Assembly (NCBI GenBank): GCA_965205855.1
Contig: OZ242184.1
Span: 928,001-992,000, forward strand
From: Thermodesulfobacteriota bacterium
GTDB taxonomy: Bacteria; Desulfobacterota_D; UBA1144; Nemesobacterales; Mycalebacteriaceae
Direction: 5' to 3'
Length of the DNA stretch: 64,000 nucleotides
How positions within the stretch are numbered: the first letter of the stretch is position 1; each line of letters opens with the position of its first letter. A model generated the notes under the pieces. The model did no database searches and was not told the DNA's origin. It saw only the letters and a program-made list of their open reading frames with translations. Shown in pieces: positions 30,046-42,917 of this stretch. The position numbers and the translations under genes were made by a program.

Positions 30046-31110
30046 TCAGCAACATGAACCGCCAAGCTCCCGGTCAGAATCAGAAACGGGATTTCCGCAA
30101 TCGGAGAAAACTCCCAGGTGTGTGCTCGTATCACCGAAAAAATCAAAATACGGCGCGAACCGGGTTTTTTGAAGCATATGAAATGTGTTTGCGCAGACCA
30201 GCACAACCCTTCCTTTTTCAAAACTGTGTCCGGTGTCCAAATCAAAGAAAAAAGGAAAATCCGCGATTCCGCCCCTGTAACGCACGGCTTGCCCGTAGTC
30301 TTCACAGCAATCCTCAAGTTCGGGAATTTTGAAAAGACGGTATGTTACAGAATCAAACTTTGCGCTACCGACAAGCAAGGCAATTTCTGTGTTTTGAATT
30401 ATTATGGGTTCTGACCGCACAACTCTGCAGTCGGAAAAGCCCGTTGCGGCCGCTATTCTGCGAAAATCCCCGCCGTACAGAGCCCCTCCGAGACATTCCC
30501 CGTAGAGAAGAGGGTTTTCCGCCACATCTCGGGCAATGCGTCTATCGCAATAGACATCGCTGAAATAGAATTCTCCACCGGGTTTCAAAGCCCTGTAAAC
30601 CCCCTTGAGAACAGACTTTTTGTCGGGAGAAAGATTTACAACACAGTTTGAAACCACAATGTCAAACTCGCCTTCGGAAATTCCGGCGTCTTCAAGAAGC
30701 TCAATATATCCCTTTCTGAAATCTACATTCGGTTTTTTATAGCCAAAAAGAGAGGTGTGATAGTTAATGTGGCGGCTTGCAATTTCAATCTGCTCATCGG
30801 TCATGTCAACTCCCACAACACAGCCGCTGTCTCCGACAAGTTTGGAAAGAACAAAAACGTCCCGTCCCGAACCGGAGCCGAGGTCAAGAATTTTCATCCC
30901 CTCAAGCAACGGAGGAATAACCGAGCCGCAACCGTAGTATCTGGAGGTTACTTCCTTGTGAAGAAGGGAAACAATATCGGCCACGGAGCCGCTTGGAGGT
31001 TCGGCACAACAAGCATTGGTACTCAAATCCGAGGAAGACTTAAGTGTGCGACCGTAGTACTCTTTTACAACTTCGCGAAGGTTGTCCCCGCTTTTAAAAA
31101 CCGTTTTCAT
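30046..31110 (-). CDS. SAM-dependent methyltransferase, arsenite methyltransferase (ArsM/AS3MT)-like
   Basis: YYG..NACC, RYYGCG, LDLGSGSGRD, VSNCVVNLSPDK, LYGECLGGA, C-terminal CC. Confidence 0.8.
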   Translation of the reverse strand: MKTVFKSGDNLREVVKEYYGRTLKSSSDLSTNACCAEPPSGSVADIVSLLHKEVTSRYYGCGSVIPPLLEGMKILDLGSGSGRDVFVLSKLVGDSGCVVGVDMTDEQIEIASRHINYHTSLFGYKKPNVDFRKGYIELLEDAGISEGEFDIVVSNCVVNLSPDKKSVLKGVYRALKPGGEFYFSDVYCDRRIARDVAENPLLYGECLGGALYGGDFRRIAAATGFSDCRVVRSEPIIIQNTEIALLVGSAKFDSVTYRLFKIPELEDCCEDYGQAVRYRGGIADFPFFFDLDTGHSFEKGRVVLVCANTFHMLQKTRFAPYFDFFGDTSTHLGVFSDCGNPVSDSDRELGGSCC

Positions 31111-31133
31111 TGTGAGTTGACTCTGGGCAAACC

Positions 31134-34010
<2,877 letters not shown>

Positions 34011-34012
34011 AA

Positions 34013-35701
34013 TCATTCACTCAAGACCGCCCCTTCGCGCCTCGGGTCAGCACCACCGCGAATGCCCGCGTCCGTGAACTCAATGCCGTGAAGCCCACTT
34101 CTCAGTTCAGTTATTTTCACCTCATGACCGAGTTTTCTCAATCCGCTAGCGAGGTTCTCCGCCTGCGTGCCGAGTTCCAGTTCGGTTTTTCCGTTACGGT
34201 TTGCGTAATGCGGAAGGCTGACGGCGGACTGAACATCAAGCCCCCAATCCAGAACCGCCACAATCGCGCGGGCAACATAGTTAATTATCCGGCTTCCACC
34301 GGGAGACCCTATTATAAGACGCAAATTCCCTTCAAGGTCAAAAACAACCATTGGAGACATCGAACTTCTCGGTCTTTTTCCCGGCTCCACGCGGTTTGGA
34401 ATCAGACAATCGTTTTTACCAAACGTGGAAAAAGAGAAATCGGTGAGCTGGTTGTTGAGCAGAAAACCTCCCGTCATTAGAGTCGAACCGAAGGCGTTCT
34501 CTATGCTCGCGGTCATTGAGACCGCGTTGCCCCGCCGGTCAACGGCCGAAATATGGGTTGTTGAGGGAAATTCAAAAACTCCGCCGTTTTGCGCGTAACA
34601 ACCTCCTTTGATTCCCGTGGATGCTTTTCCCATGTCCGCTCCCGGGTCTATCAGAGCCGAGCGTTTTTTCAGATACTCCGCGTCTGTCAGTTTTTCCGCC
34701 GGAACCGGATAGAAATCAGAGTCCGCCATATGGGAATTCCTGTCGGCGTAGGCGAGTTTTGCCGCCTGTGTAAAAAGGTGCGCCGCTTCAACGGACATGG
34801 GACGCAAGGAGGCCACGTCAAATCGCTCAAGAAGTTTCAGTATTTGAATAACGGTCATCCCCCCGGAAGTCGGGGGACCCATACCGCACACAAGATACGA
34901 GCGATATAAAGAACATACGGGTTCGCGCGAGACGGCACGGTAGCCGCGAAGGTCCCGTATGGAAAGAATCCCTCCGGCGTTTTCAACCACGCCAACTATC
35001 CGGTGCGCCATTGCTCCATCGTAGAAAACGCTCGCACCACCGTTTGCCAGTTCCTCAAAAGTTTTTGCCAGTTGGGGATTTTTCAAAATTGAATTCACTG
35101 CGACGGGCTCTCCCGAAGGGGCAAAAAAATACAAACGCGCCTGCGCATATTTTCCAAGTCCGCGGCTTTGAAACTTTCCAATCAACCCGTTCAAAAGTGG
35201 GGAGACTCTGAAACCTTCTTTCGAAAGTTTGATTGCGGGTTGAAAAAGCTCCTTCCACTTGAGTTTTCCGTGCTTTTTATGAGCCTTACGGAGCATCGCA
35301 ATCAAACCCGGGGTTCCCACCGAACGCCCGCCGACAACCGCGTCTTCCCATCGCATCGGCTTTCCGCCCGAAGCGAACAGGTTGCCGTCCGCAAATAGTG
35401 AAGCGGTTTCCCTACCATCAAAAGTTGTGAGATTGCGCGCGGGAGCGTCCCAGTGGAGAAGAAAACCCCCTCCTCCTATTCCGGCGGACTGCGGTTCCAC
35501 AAGATTGAGAACCATCTGCGCCGCTATGACTGCATCCAGAGCGGAACCGCCTTTGCGGAGAATTTCGACCCCCGCGCGCGCGGCGCGTGGGTCCGCTGCA
35601 CTTACCATGCCTTGATGATCGCCGGAACGCGCGGCAACGGCGTGAGAAAGAAAAAGGGCAAAAACGGAGACCGTTAACAAAAGGCACAAGTCAAACTTCA
35701 T
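34013..35701 (-). CDS. ggt: Gamma-glutamyltransferase with signal peptide
   Basis: EPQSAGIGGG, DGRE, STTHIS (autocleavage Thr), LNNQLTDF, KRPRSSMSP, GSPGG, DPRREG. Confidence 0.95.
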   Translation of the reverse strand: MKFDLCLLLTVSVFALFLSHAVAARSGDHQGMVSAADPRAARAGVEILRKGGSALDAVIAAQMVLNLVEPQSAGIGGGGFLLHWDAPARNLTTFDGRETASLFADGNLFASGGKPMRWEDAVVGGRSVGTPGLIAMLRKAHKKHGKLKWKELFQPAIKLSKEGFRVSPLLNGLIGKFQSRGLGKYAQARLYFFAPSGEPVAVNSILKNPQLAKTFEELANGGASVFYDGAMAHRIVGVVENAGGILSIRDLRGYRAVSREPVCSLYRSYLVCGMGPPTSGGMTVIQILKLLERFDVASLRPMSVEAAHLFTQAAKLAYADRNSHMADSDFYPVPAEKLTDAEYLKKRSALIDPGADMGKASTGIKGGCYAQNGGVFEFPSTTHISAVDRRGNAVSMTASIENAFGSTLMTGGFLLNNQLTDFSFSTFGKNDCLIPNRVEPGKRPRSSMSPMVVFDLEGNLRLIIGSPGGSRIINYVARAIVAVLDWGLDVQSAVSLPHYANRNGKTELELGTQAENLASGLRKLGHEVKITELRSGLHGIEFTDAGIRGGADPRREGAVLSE

Positions 35702-35975
35702 AATCAACCACATTTCTGTCAGTAGCAATTTTTTTGAGAAAATCCGCCACTTTTACATGGTCGGGATGTTTCTGGTAGGCGGCAAGCGAATCCGTGTCAT
35801 CAAATACCGAATACAGAACGACATCGGCTGCGGCCGGCGAAGGATTGAAGTTGATTCCGACTTCAATCTCTTTTATTTGCGGTATCTTCCCGGAAAGCCC
35901 CTCAAGCATTACCTTCAGCGCCAGAGCGTTGCTTTCCTTGTCTTTCAGCTTCCACATAACAATGTGCTTTATCAT
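35691..35975 (-). CDS. Dabb family (stress-responsive alpha/beta barrel) protein
   Basis: MIKHIVMWKLK..YQKHPDH..VVDYE. Confidence 0.88.
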   Translation of the reverse strand: MIKHIVMWKLKDKESNALALKVMLEGLSGKIPQIKEIEVGINFNPSPAAADVVLYSVFDDTDSLAAYQKHPDHVKVADFLKKIATDRNVVDYEV

Positions 35976-35985
35976 TTTTTTCCTC

Positions 35986-36348
35986 CTATGCTTCTTTGAG
36001 TGATTTCACAAAAAACCAAAGCCTCCTTCTTGTGTTCCTTCCCCATGACGGAAGTATAAAAACAAAATTACCTCTAATAAAACGTCCCGAACCTCCGCTG
36101 ACCGTAAAATCAACTTTGCCTTTGCTCTCTATGTTTATAAGGACATTGCCGCTTTCAACCAAATCCGGAGAGGAGCACAACGGGCGGGTTTTTACATCCG
36201 CGTCGGGACAAATTTCCACAGCGAGCCGTTTTTCCCTCGGTTTAAAAGGGTCAAGAAACGGTATTATCCAAGCCCTTTCCCCGACAAAAAGGACAAGATG
36301 AGGTTTTTCCGTTTCTTTTTTATAGAGGAAGAATTTCGTCATTTTCAC
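35986..36348 (-). CDS. Hypothetical protein, weakly LigD phosphoesterase-domain-like
   Basis: AWIIP..PREKRLAVE..G.F.F..WFFVK pattern. Confidence 0.45.
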   Translation of the reverse strand: MKMTKFFLYKKETEKPHLVLFVGERAWIIPFLDPFKPREKRLAVEICPDADVKTRPLCSSPDLVESGNVLINIESKGKVDFTVSGGSGRFIRGNFVFILPSWGRNTRRRLWFFVKSLKEA

Positions 36349-37186
36349 GCAAAATTATCAAAAGCCCTTTCAAAGTGAGCAGACTGTCAACTTGTGAGAC
36401 AGTTTCACATTCACCTGCAATAACGGACGCGAAACCACCCGTTACGACAACACAAGGAGCTTCGTCTCCCATCTCGAAGGAGAGAGAGCGAACCATTCCG
36501 TCAACCATCCGTGCGTAACCGAGCATTGTTCCGGATTTTATGCAGTCTTCAGTGTTTCTTCCGATAACCGAGGGAGGAAATTCAAGAGGCGTTTGCGGAA
36601 GTGCGGGAGCACCTCGCGCAAGCGCGTCACGGAACAATTCCAAACCCGCCGTTATTGCGCCGCCGACGTAACAGCCATCGTGAGAAACACAGTCAAAAGT
36701 CGTCGCGGTCCCAAGGTCAACCGCGATACAGGACCGTCGGCACAGGGCAAACAGAGCGGCGGCGTTTGCAAGCCGGTCAATTCCAAGCATACGCGGATTT
36801 TGGTATGAAACTTCAATTCCCGCTTTCATTCCGCAATCGGCGACAAAAGGCGCGATTCCGAAAGCGTCTTCAACAGCGCACGCGGCGGTTTGCGAAAAAC
36901 CGCCGGCGACCGACCCTATAACCGCCTTCGCCGGAGCGGAATGAAACTCCCCGGACAGCATACCGGCGAGTTCCGCCGCCGTGCAGGAAAGCGGGCACTC
37001 AACATGCCCCTCGGCTTCCCAATGTTCCAACGACACTTCGCAGTTGCGGAAAACCGCCGCGTCAACACTCGTATTACCGATATCAACCGCCAGAAAAGTA
37101 TGTTTGTTGCTTTTATCCGTGTGCAAAACCGTATATATTTTAACACCATCACAGAATTGGCAAGAGCGGTATCCGCAATTTGTCAA
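36320..37186 (-). CDS. coaX: Type III pantothenate kinase (start probably downstream of 37186)
   Basis: AVDIGNT, LGIDR, VDLGTATTFD, VVTGG, LTLKGL. Confidence 0.93.
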   Translation of the reverse strand: MTNCGYRSCQFCDGVKIYTVLHTDKSNKHTFLAVDIGNTSVDAAVFRNCEVSLEHWEAEGHVECPLSCTAAELAGMLSGEFHSAPAKAVIGSVAGGFSQTAACAVEDAFGIAPFVADCGMKAGIEVSYQNPRMLGIDRLANAAALFALCRRSCIAVDLGTATTFDCVSHDGCYVGGAITAGLELFRDALARGAPALPQTPLEFPPSVIGRNTEDCIKSGTMLGYARMVDGMVRSLSFEMGDEAPCVVVTGGFASVIAGECETVSQVDSLLTLKGLLIILRENDEILPL

Positions 37187-37204
37187 ATACCGGGAGACAT
37201 TTAA

Positions 37205-37393
37205 ATGGTTAACGACAAGGCGATTTTTGATGTGCGGATAGTGAAAAGAAACATTTCTGAGGGCGCTACCTCAGAAAAAAATTATCAAAAAAAACTCAGT
37301 GAACTGAAAGACTCAAGCGACAACGCGGAGTTTTTCTCGATTGAAGAAGAATCGGTTGAAGAACCGGAAACACCGGAGAAAGAGACAGAATGA
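37205..37393 (+). CDS. Small acidic hypothetical protein
   Basis: 62-aa ORF with GGAG RBS; FDVRIVKRNI..Y..L..L.D; ATGA-coupled to the next gene. Confidence 0.65.
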   Translation: MVNDKAIFDVRIVKRNISEGATSEKNYQKKLSELKDSSDNAEFFSIEEESVEEPETPEKETE

Positions 37394-37599
37394 GAAAGTG
37401 GCAGTATAAAATTGTGCCTCTAAAGAGTATTTTTGAGAACTCATCCGACCACAACATAGACGTATCGATTGAGGAAGGAAAAACGAAATCGGAAAAGACA
37501 AGAAGCGGAATGGAGAAAAAACTGAATGAACTAGGAAACGAGGGCTGGGAACTTACCTGCGCGTTCGGAGAGTTTGTTCTTTTGAAGAAAGAAGAATAG
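37390..37599 (+). CDS. DUF4177-like small protein
   Basis: KWQYKIV...LNELGNEGWEL. Confidence 0.75.
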   Translation: MRKWQYKIVPLKSIFENSSDHNIDVSIEEGKTKSEKTRSGMEKKLNELGNEGWELTCAFGEFVLLKKEE

Positions 37600-37841
37600 A
37601 AACGGAAATAACAGACTTCACGCCAATTCAATCAATTTGAATGGCGGAGTTTTGCCAGCCTGACACGCTTCTCTTCAGCCATAAGAAAAACCTTACTCCC
37701 ACTCAACTGTCTATCTGGCGTAACACACTGTAAACATTACGCTTTATTTTTACTTGGTAACAAAACAAGCCTTTCTCAATATAATCAATGGACTGCCAGT
37801 AAACACCTATTGCTCTATTCCGATGCTTTTGAGTTCCTTCC

Positions 37842-38318
37842 TCAAACAGTCCCAAACGTGTTGTCTTTTTTGAAATGAAGAACAGTGCCAGACTCGATGC
37901 CTAATATCTGGAAGTTGAAACGCTCTTCTCCCCTCTTTGCACTGTCTAATGCTTGGGAGTCTTGAGGTGTTTCTACGATTTCACCTGTCGGAGTAATATT
38001 CTTTCCGTCCATTACCTCTGCAATCTCAAGAAGTGATTTTGCTCTTTCTGGGGTGGTGTTGAAAAACTCTCTATTCTGTCTAATGCGGCAGTCGTCCAAA
38101 CCTTGATGCATTTTTTTCTAAATGACAGATGCGTCTGGAACTTCCACTGCGTAAAAACACTCAAATGGAAGCGCTACGCTAGTGTTGTTCAGTTGTTTGA
38201 TGCGCTGTTCAAGATTGTCAGTAATTTCAATCTTTATTGTGTCAGGCATACATTCACTAGTGAGTATGCAAACGATTGGCGTCTTCCAACGCCCCGACTG
38301 GAAAAAGTTTGTTACCAA
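37842..38318 (-). pseudogene. GIY-YIG/T5orf172-domain pseudogene
   Basis: IKI..T..LEQRIKQL..TSVALPFECFYA, in-frame TAG at 38118-38120, then KKMHQG..R..NREFF; AT-rich and truncated. Confidence 0.7.
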
Positions 38319-38526
38319 GTGCTTAGCAGTATATTTAAAATACTAAAGAACTGATTTAACTACGTTTTTAAGATAATACATCATTCTACAGAGTAGCCTG
38401 TCTACTTGGCAAAAAGGTTAACAACTGAGAAAATTAAGTTATTGAATTTATTACATAAAAAATACAGAAAATTAAATCGTCTACCAATTTAACTATTTGT
38501 TTTTATTGTATTTTTATGACCGTGGG

Positions 38527-40074
38527 TCATTCCCACTCAATAGTCCCCGGCGGTTTTGTGGAAATGTCATAAACCACCCTTCCCACTCCTTCAATCTCGT
38601 TGATTATGCGCGTTGAGGTTTTTTCAAGAACCCCGGAAGGGATCTTCGCCCAGTCCGCGGTCATTCCATCTGTGCTTGTTACGGCTCTGAGCGCGATAAC
38701 ATTGTCGTAGGTTCGTTTGTCTCCCATAACCCCGACAGTGCGCACCGGAAGAAAAACCGCAAAAGCCTGCCAGATGTCGCCGTATATTCTGGCATTGCGT
38801 ATCTCTTCAATAAATATGGCGTCCGCGCGTTTGAGCACGTCAAGAGAATCAGGCGTAACCTCTCCGAGAATTCTTATCGCAAGCCCCGGCCCCGGAAACG
38901 GATGACGGTCAAGGATGATGGACGGAAGGCCAAGATGCCGTCCCACATCCCTCACTTCGTCCTTGAAAAGCTCGCGCAGTGGCTCAACAAGCCGCAGATT
39001 CATCTTTTCCGGCAATCCACCCACGTTGTGATGGCTTTTGATGGTAACGGCGGAACCGTGCGCGCTCGCGCTTTCTATCACATCCGGATAAAGCGTTCCT
39101 TGAGCGAGAAAATCGGCGTTTTCTATGTTTTTCGCCTCGCGCTCAAAAACCGATATGAACTCACGCCCGATAATTTTCCTCTTTGCCTCCGGATCTGAGA
39201 CGCCCTTGAGCTTTTCAAGAAAACGCTCGCGCTCATTGACGCGCACAACTTCAATTCCCGCTTTGTCAAACATCTCAACAACCTCGTCGCCCTCATTAAG
39301 ACGCAAAAGCCCGGTGTCAACAAAAATACAGACAAGCGATTTACCCACCGCTTTGCGCACAAGCGCCGCTGTTACGGAAGAATCAACCCCGCCCGAAAGC
39401 CCACATATCACGCGCGACGGGCTAATTTGCTTGCGAATTGCGGCAACAGACTGCTCAATAAACGCCTCGGATGTCCATAACTTGTCGCAACCGGAGATTT
39501 TGAACAGGAAGTTGGAAAGCATCTTCATTCCCTCGCGAGTATGCACCACTTCGGGATGAAATTGAGTTCCAAATATCTTCCTTGCCGGGTATTTGATGGC
39601 CGCCGCGGGAGTATTGGAACTTCTTGCGGTAACAACAAAACCTTCAGGCAATTGCGCAACCTTGTCTCCGTGAGACATCCATACATCGGAAGAGCCGGAA
39701 AAACCGGAAAACAACCCGTCCGTATCGGTTATGTCTATGGATGCGGGGCCAAACTCTCTTTTGTAAGAACTCTCAATCTCTCCTCCAAACATACGGACGA
39801 GAATCTGCATCCCATAGCATATTCCGAGAAACGGAACCGGAATCTCAACAATCCCACCGTCAAGCTCCGCCGCACCCGTATCCCATACGCTTGAGGGGCC
39901 GCCCGAAAGAACTATCGCGCGGGGGGATATTTTACGGACTTCATCCGCCGTAATTGTATGAGGTTTTATCTCCGAGAAAACGCCTTGCTCGCGGATGCGG
40001 CGGGCTATCAGTTGTGTATATTGAGACCCGAAATCAATTACCAGAACGGTTTGTTTCATATTATTGTCCACCAA
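38527..40074 (-). CDS. guaA: GMP synthase (glutamine-hydrolysing)
   Basis: DFGSQYTQLIARR, GICYGMQ, SGGVDS, KPPGTIEWE. Confidence 0.98.
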   Translation of the reverse strand: MVDNNMKQTVLVIDFGSQYTQLIARRIREQGVFSEIKPHTITADEVRKISPRAIVLSGGPSSVWDTGAAELDGGIVEIPVPFLGICYGMQILVRMFGGEIESSYKREFGPASIDITDTDGLFSGFSGSSDVWMSHGDKVAQLPEGFVVTARSSNTPAAAIKYPARKIFGTQFHPEVVHTREGMKMLSNFLFKISGCDKLWTSEAFIEQSVAAIRKQISPSRVICGLSGGVDSSVTAALVRKAVGKSLVCIFVDTGLLRLNEGDEVVEMFDKAGIEVVRVNERERFLEKLKGVSDPEAKRKIIGREFISVFEREAKNIENADFLAQGTLYPDVIESASAHGSAVTIKSHHNVGGLPEKMNLRLVEPLRELFKDEVRDVGRHLGLPSIILDRHPFPGPGLAIRILGEVTPDSLDVLKRADAIFIEEIRNARIYGDIWQAFAVFLPVRTVGVMGDKRTYDNVIALRAVTSTDGMTADWAKIPSGVLEKTSTRIINEIEGVGRVVYDISTKPPGTIEWE

Positions 40075-40140
40075 ACTCCCTTGTCCGGAAAAGATTGGAG
40101 ATTATAGCAGACTGCCGAGCCATTCTCATTCGATCGGGTT

Positions 40141-40719
40141 TCACTTGCACATTTTATGGCGAAAACAGTCCGTAATGTGGTCGTTCACAAGACCCGCAGA
40201 CTGCATATAAGCGTAGATTATTGTAGTTCCGACAAAGGACATTCCGCGTTTTTTCAAATCGCTTGAAAGGGCATCGGACTCTCTTGTGCGCGTGGGAAGT
40301 TGAGACTGTGTCTTCCACTTGTTGACTTTGGGTTTTCCGCCCGTAAAACGCCATACATAAGAGTCAAAAGAGCCAAACTCTTTTTGAATCTCAAGAAAAA
40401 TACGGGCGTTTTTGATTGCGGAGCAAATTTTCAGCCGGTTGCGGACAATGCCCGAATCCGCAAGAAGTTTGTTTATCTCGGCATCTGTGTAGTGGGCTAT
40501 TTTTTCCGGGTCAAAACCGTCAAAAGCGGCGCGGTAGTTTTCGCGTTTCTTCAAAATAGTCTGCCAGCTCAGCCCCGCCTGTGCGCCGTCAAGAAGAAGA
40601 AACTCAAAATGGCGACAGTCATCATGAAGAGGAGTTCCCCATTCGCTGTCATGATAGCGGGCAAGCAAGTCGCTTTTTGACGCCCATGGACACCGTTTTC
40701 TTCCGTCCGGGCTTTCCAC
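40141..40719 (-). CDS. tag: DNA-3-methyladenine glycosylase I
   Basis: RCPW..YHDSEWG, QAGLSW.TILKKR, VNDH..C. Confidence 0.93.
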   Translation of the reverse strand: MESPDGRKRCPWASKSDLLARYHDSEWGTPLHDDCRHFEFLLLDGAQAGLSWQTILKKRENYRAAFDGFDPEKIAHYTDAEINKLLADSGIVRNRLKICSAIKNARIFLEIQKEFGSFDSYVWRFTGGKPKVNKWKTQSQLPTRTRESDALSSDLKKRGMSFVGTTIIYAYMQSAGLVNDHITDCFRHKMCK

Positions 40720-40723
40720 TCTT

Positions 40724-42199
40724 TTACTCTATCCTGTAGTTCGGCGCTTCGCGGGTGATTATCACATCATGGACATGTCCTTCTCTCTGCCCCGCACCTG
40801 TTACTTGGACAAATTTTGAATGTTTTTTGAGCTTCTCTATATCCGTACAACCGACATATCCCATGCCCGACCTTAATCCGCCGACTATCTGATATACAAT
40901 CGCTCCGAGACTGCCCCTGTATGGGACTCTGCCCTCTATGCCTTCGGGAACAAGTTTTCCCGTTTCCACCACTTTTTCCTGAGAGTATCTGTCGCGGCTT
41001 TGCCCTCCGCGCATTGACTCAATCGAGCCCATTCCCCTGTAAACTTTGTAGGTTCTCCCCTGAAACAGAACCACCTCTCCGGGCGCCTCATCGGTTCCCG
41101 CGAAAATATTTCCCATCATCACAGATGACGCACCGAATGCAATTGCCTTTACCACATCCCCGGAAAACTTCACCCCACCGTCCGCTATGACCGGAATCCC
41201 ACGGCGACGCGCGACTGAATACACATCCGAAACCGCCGTTATTTGAGGCATTCCCACGCCCGCGACAACTCTTGTCGTGCAGATTGAGCCGGGACCGACA
41301 CCCACCTTCAGAGCGTCCGCGCCGGCTTCCATAAGAACCTTCGCGGCTTCTGCGGTCGCTATATTGCCCGCCACAACCTCAATACCGGAAAAGTTGGATT
41401 TAATCTCTCTAACACTTTCAATAACTCTTTGTGAATGCGCGTGCGCCGTATCAACAAAAATCACATCACAACCGGCGGCTTTGACCTTCTCAACCCTTTC
41501 ATCCCTGTCAGAACTGACTCCGACTGCCGCCGCGCACCTAAGCCTTCCCAAACCGTCCTTTGACGCGGTGGGAAACTTTCTTATCTTCTCTATGTCCTTC
41601 ATTGTTATCATTCCCTTGAGGCGGAACTTTGAATCTACCACGGGTAGTTTCTCAATGCGGAATTTATGAAGCAAAGCGGTCGCTTTGTCGGTTGTAATCT
41701 TCCCCTCTCTTACGGTAACAAGTTTGTCCTTCGGCGTCATTATCTCTTTGACCAAACGGGAGACACGTTTCTCAAACCTTAAATCCCGATTGGTTATGAT
41801 GCCGACAAGAACTCCGTCATTCTCGGTTACCGGAAGACCGGTTATGGAGTTTGAGTTCATGATTTCCAGAGCGTTCTTAGCCGTATGGGAGGGGCGGACG
41901 GTAAGCGGGTTGACTATCATTCCGCTTTCGTATTTTTTTACTTTTTCCACCTCCGCCGCCTGGGAATCCACGGCAAGATTTCTGTGAATTACGCCAATCC
42001 CGCCCTCCTGAGCCATAGATATGGCGGTTTTGGATTCGGTAACGGTGTCCATCGCCGCGCTGATAAGCGGAATATTCAGTTTTATTGATTTTGTAAGCGA
42101 GGTTGAAACATCAACCTCGTCAGGGAGAACCGCAGAATAAGACGGAACAAGCAGTATGTCGTCAAATGTGAGGGTTTGTTCAACTTTTTTGTCCGGCAT
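40724..42199 (-). CDS. guaB: IMP dehydrogenase
   Basis: [32 protein letters not shown] pair. Confidence 0.98.
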   Translation of the reverse strand: MPDKKVEQTLTFDDILLVPSYSAVLPDEVDVSTSLTKSIKLNIPLISAAMDTVTESKTAISMAQEGGIGVIHRNLAVDSQAAEVEKVKKYESGMIVNPLTVRPSHTAKNALEIMNSNSITGLPVTENDGVLVGIITNRDLRFEKRVSRLVKEIMTPKDKLVTVREGKITTDKATALLHKFRIEKLPVVDSKFRLKGMITMKDIEKIRKFPTASKDGLGRLRCAAAVGVSSDRDERVEKVKAAGCDVIFVDTAHAHSQRVIESVREIKSNFSGIEVVAGNIATAEAAKVLMEAGADALKVGVGPGSICTTRVVAGVGMPQITAVSDVYSVARRRGIPVIADGGVKFSGDVVKAIAFGASSVMMGNIFAGTDEAPGEVVLFQGRTYKVYRGMGSIESMRGGQSRDRYSQEKVVETGKLVPEGIEGRVPYRGSLGAIVYQIVGGLRSGMGYVGCTDIEKLKKHSKFVQVTGAGQREGHVHDVIITREAPNYRIE

Positions 42200-42231
42200 C
42201 TTCAAACTCCGCATAGGAATATGAACGGCTG

Positions 42232-42768
42232 TTATTTCTTCCCCGCCGCTTTCCGGTTGGTTTTTCTCGCGGTTGCGGAAGAGGTTTTTGGGGTTACGGA
42301 TTTCTCGGATGATTTCTTTGCGGCGGGGAGGTTCTTTTTCGCAGATGCAGACTTCACCGGAGTCTTGGTCTTATTTGAAGAGGTTGCTTTTTGAGACAGT
42401 TTTTTCGGAGCTGTCTTTTTCGGAGACGGTTTCTTGGAAGGCGATTTTTTCGGCGCCGTAACGGCGAGTTTGGAATTGGTATCGCCAGACGGCTTTTGAG
42501 TGAAGATATCCACCACCTTTTCCCGCAACTCCGAATGAGCAACGGTAAGTTCTATCTCAATCTCCTGAGTCTTTTCGCCAACCACTACAAAAACCGGCAT
42601 TATGCCTATAAAAGTTGTTCTTTTTTTGTCGCTGTCAACCTTCTCAAAATCAAGCGCCGTCATCAGTTTCTTCGGAAGTCCCTGCAATATGGTTTCGCCA
42701 AGATGAATGCTCTGTTGAGGAAGGAGCCCGTCCTGACTTATACTGAGTTTTATAACAGTAGGTTTCAT
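42232..42768 (-). CDS. Hypothetical protein with Lys/Ser/Pro-rich histone-H1-like C-terminal tail
   Basis: [19 protein letters not shown]...[17 protein letters not shown]. Confidence 0.7.
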   Translation of the reverse strand: MKPTVIKLSISQDGLLPQQSIHLGETILQGLPKKLMTALDFEKVDSDKKRTTFIGIMPVFVVVGEKTQEIEIELTVAHSELREKVVDIFTQKPSGDTNSKLAVTAPKKSPSKKPSPKKTAPKKLSQKATSSNKTKTPVKSASAKKNLPAAKKSSEKSVTPKTSSATARKTNRKAAGKK

Positions 42769-42917
42769 AAGCGAAATTAAGAAGATAGAACCTTAACAAA
42801 AACCGGATTCCAAATCAAGAAGAAATACGGCGCCTGTTTTAAACGGTTGACAGGAATGTGGTAAGAACTTGCGAAAAAAATACTGACATATAGTATGATG
42901 AACGGAAACATCACGGA

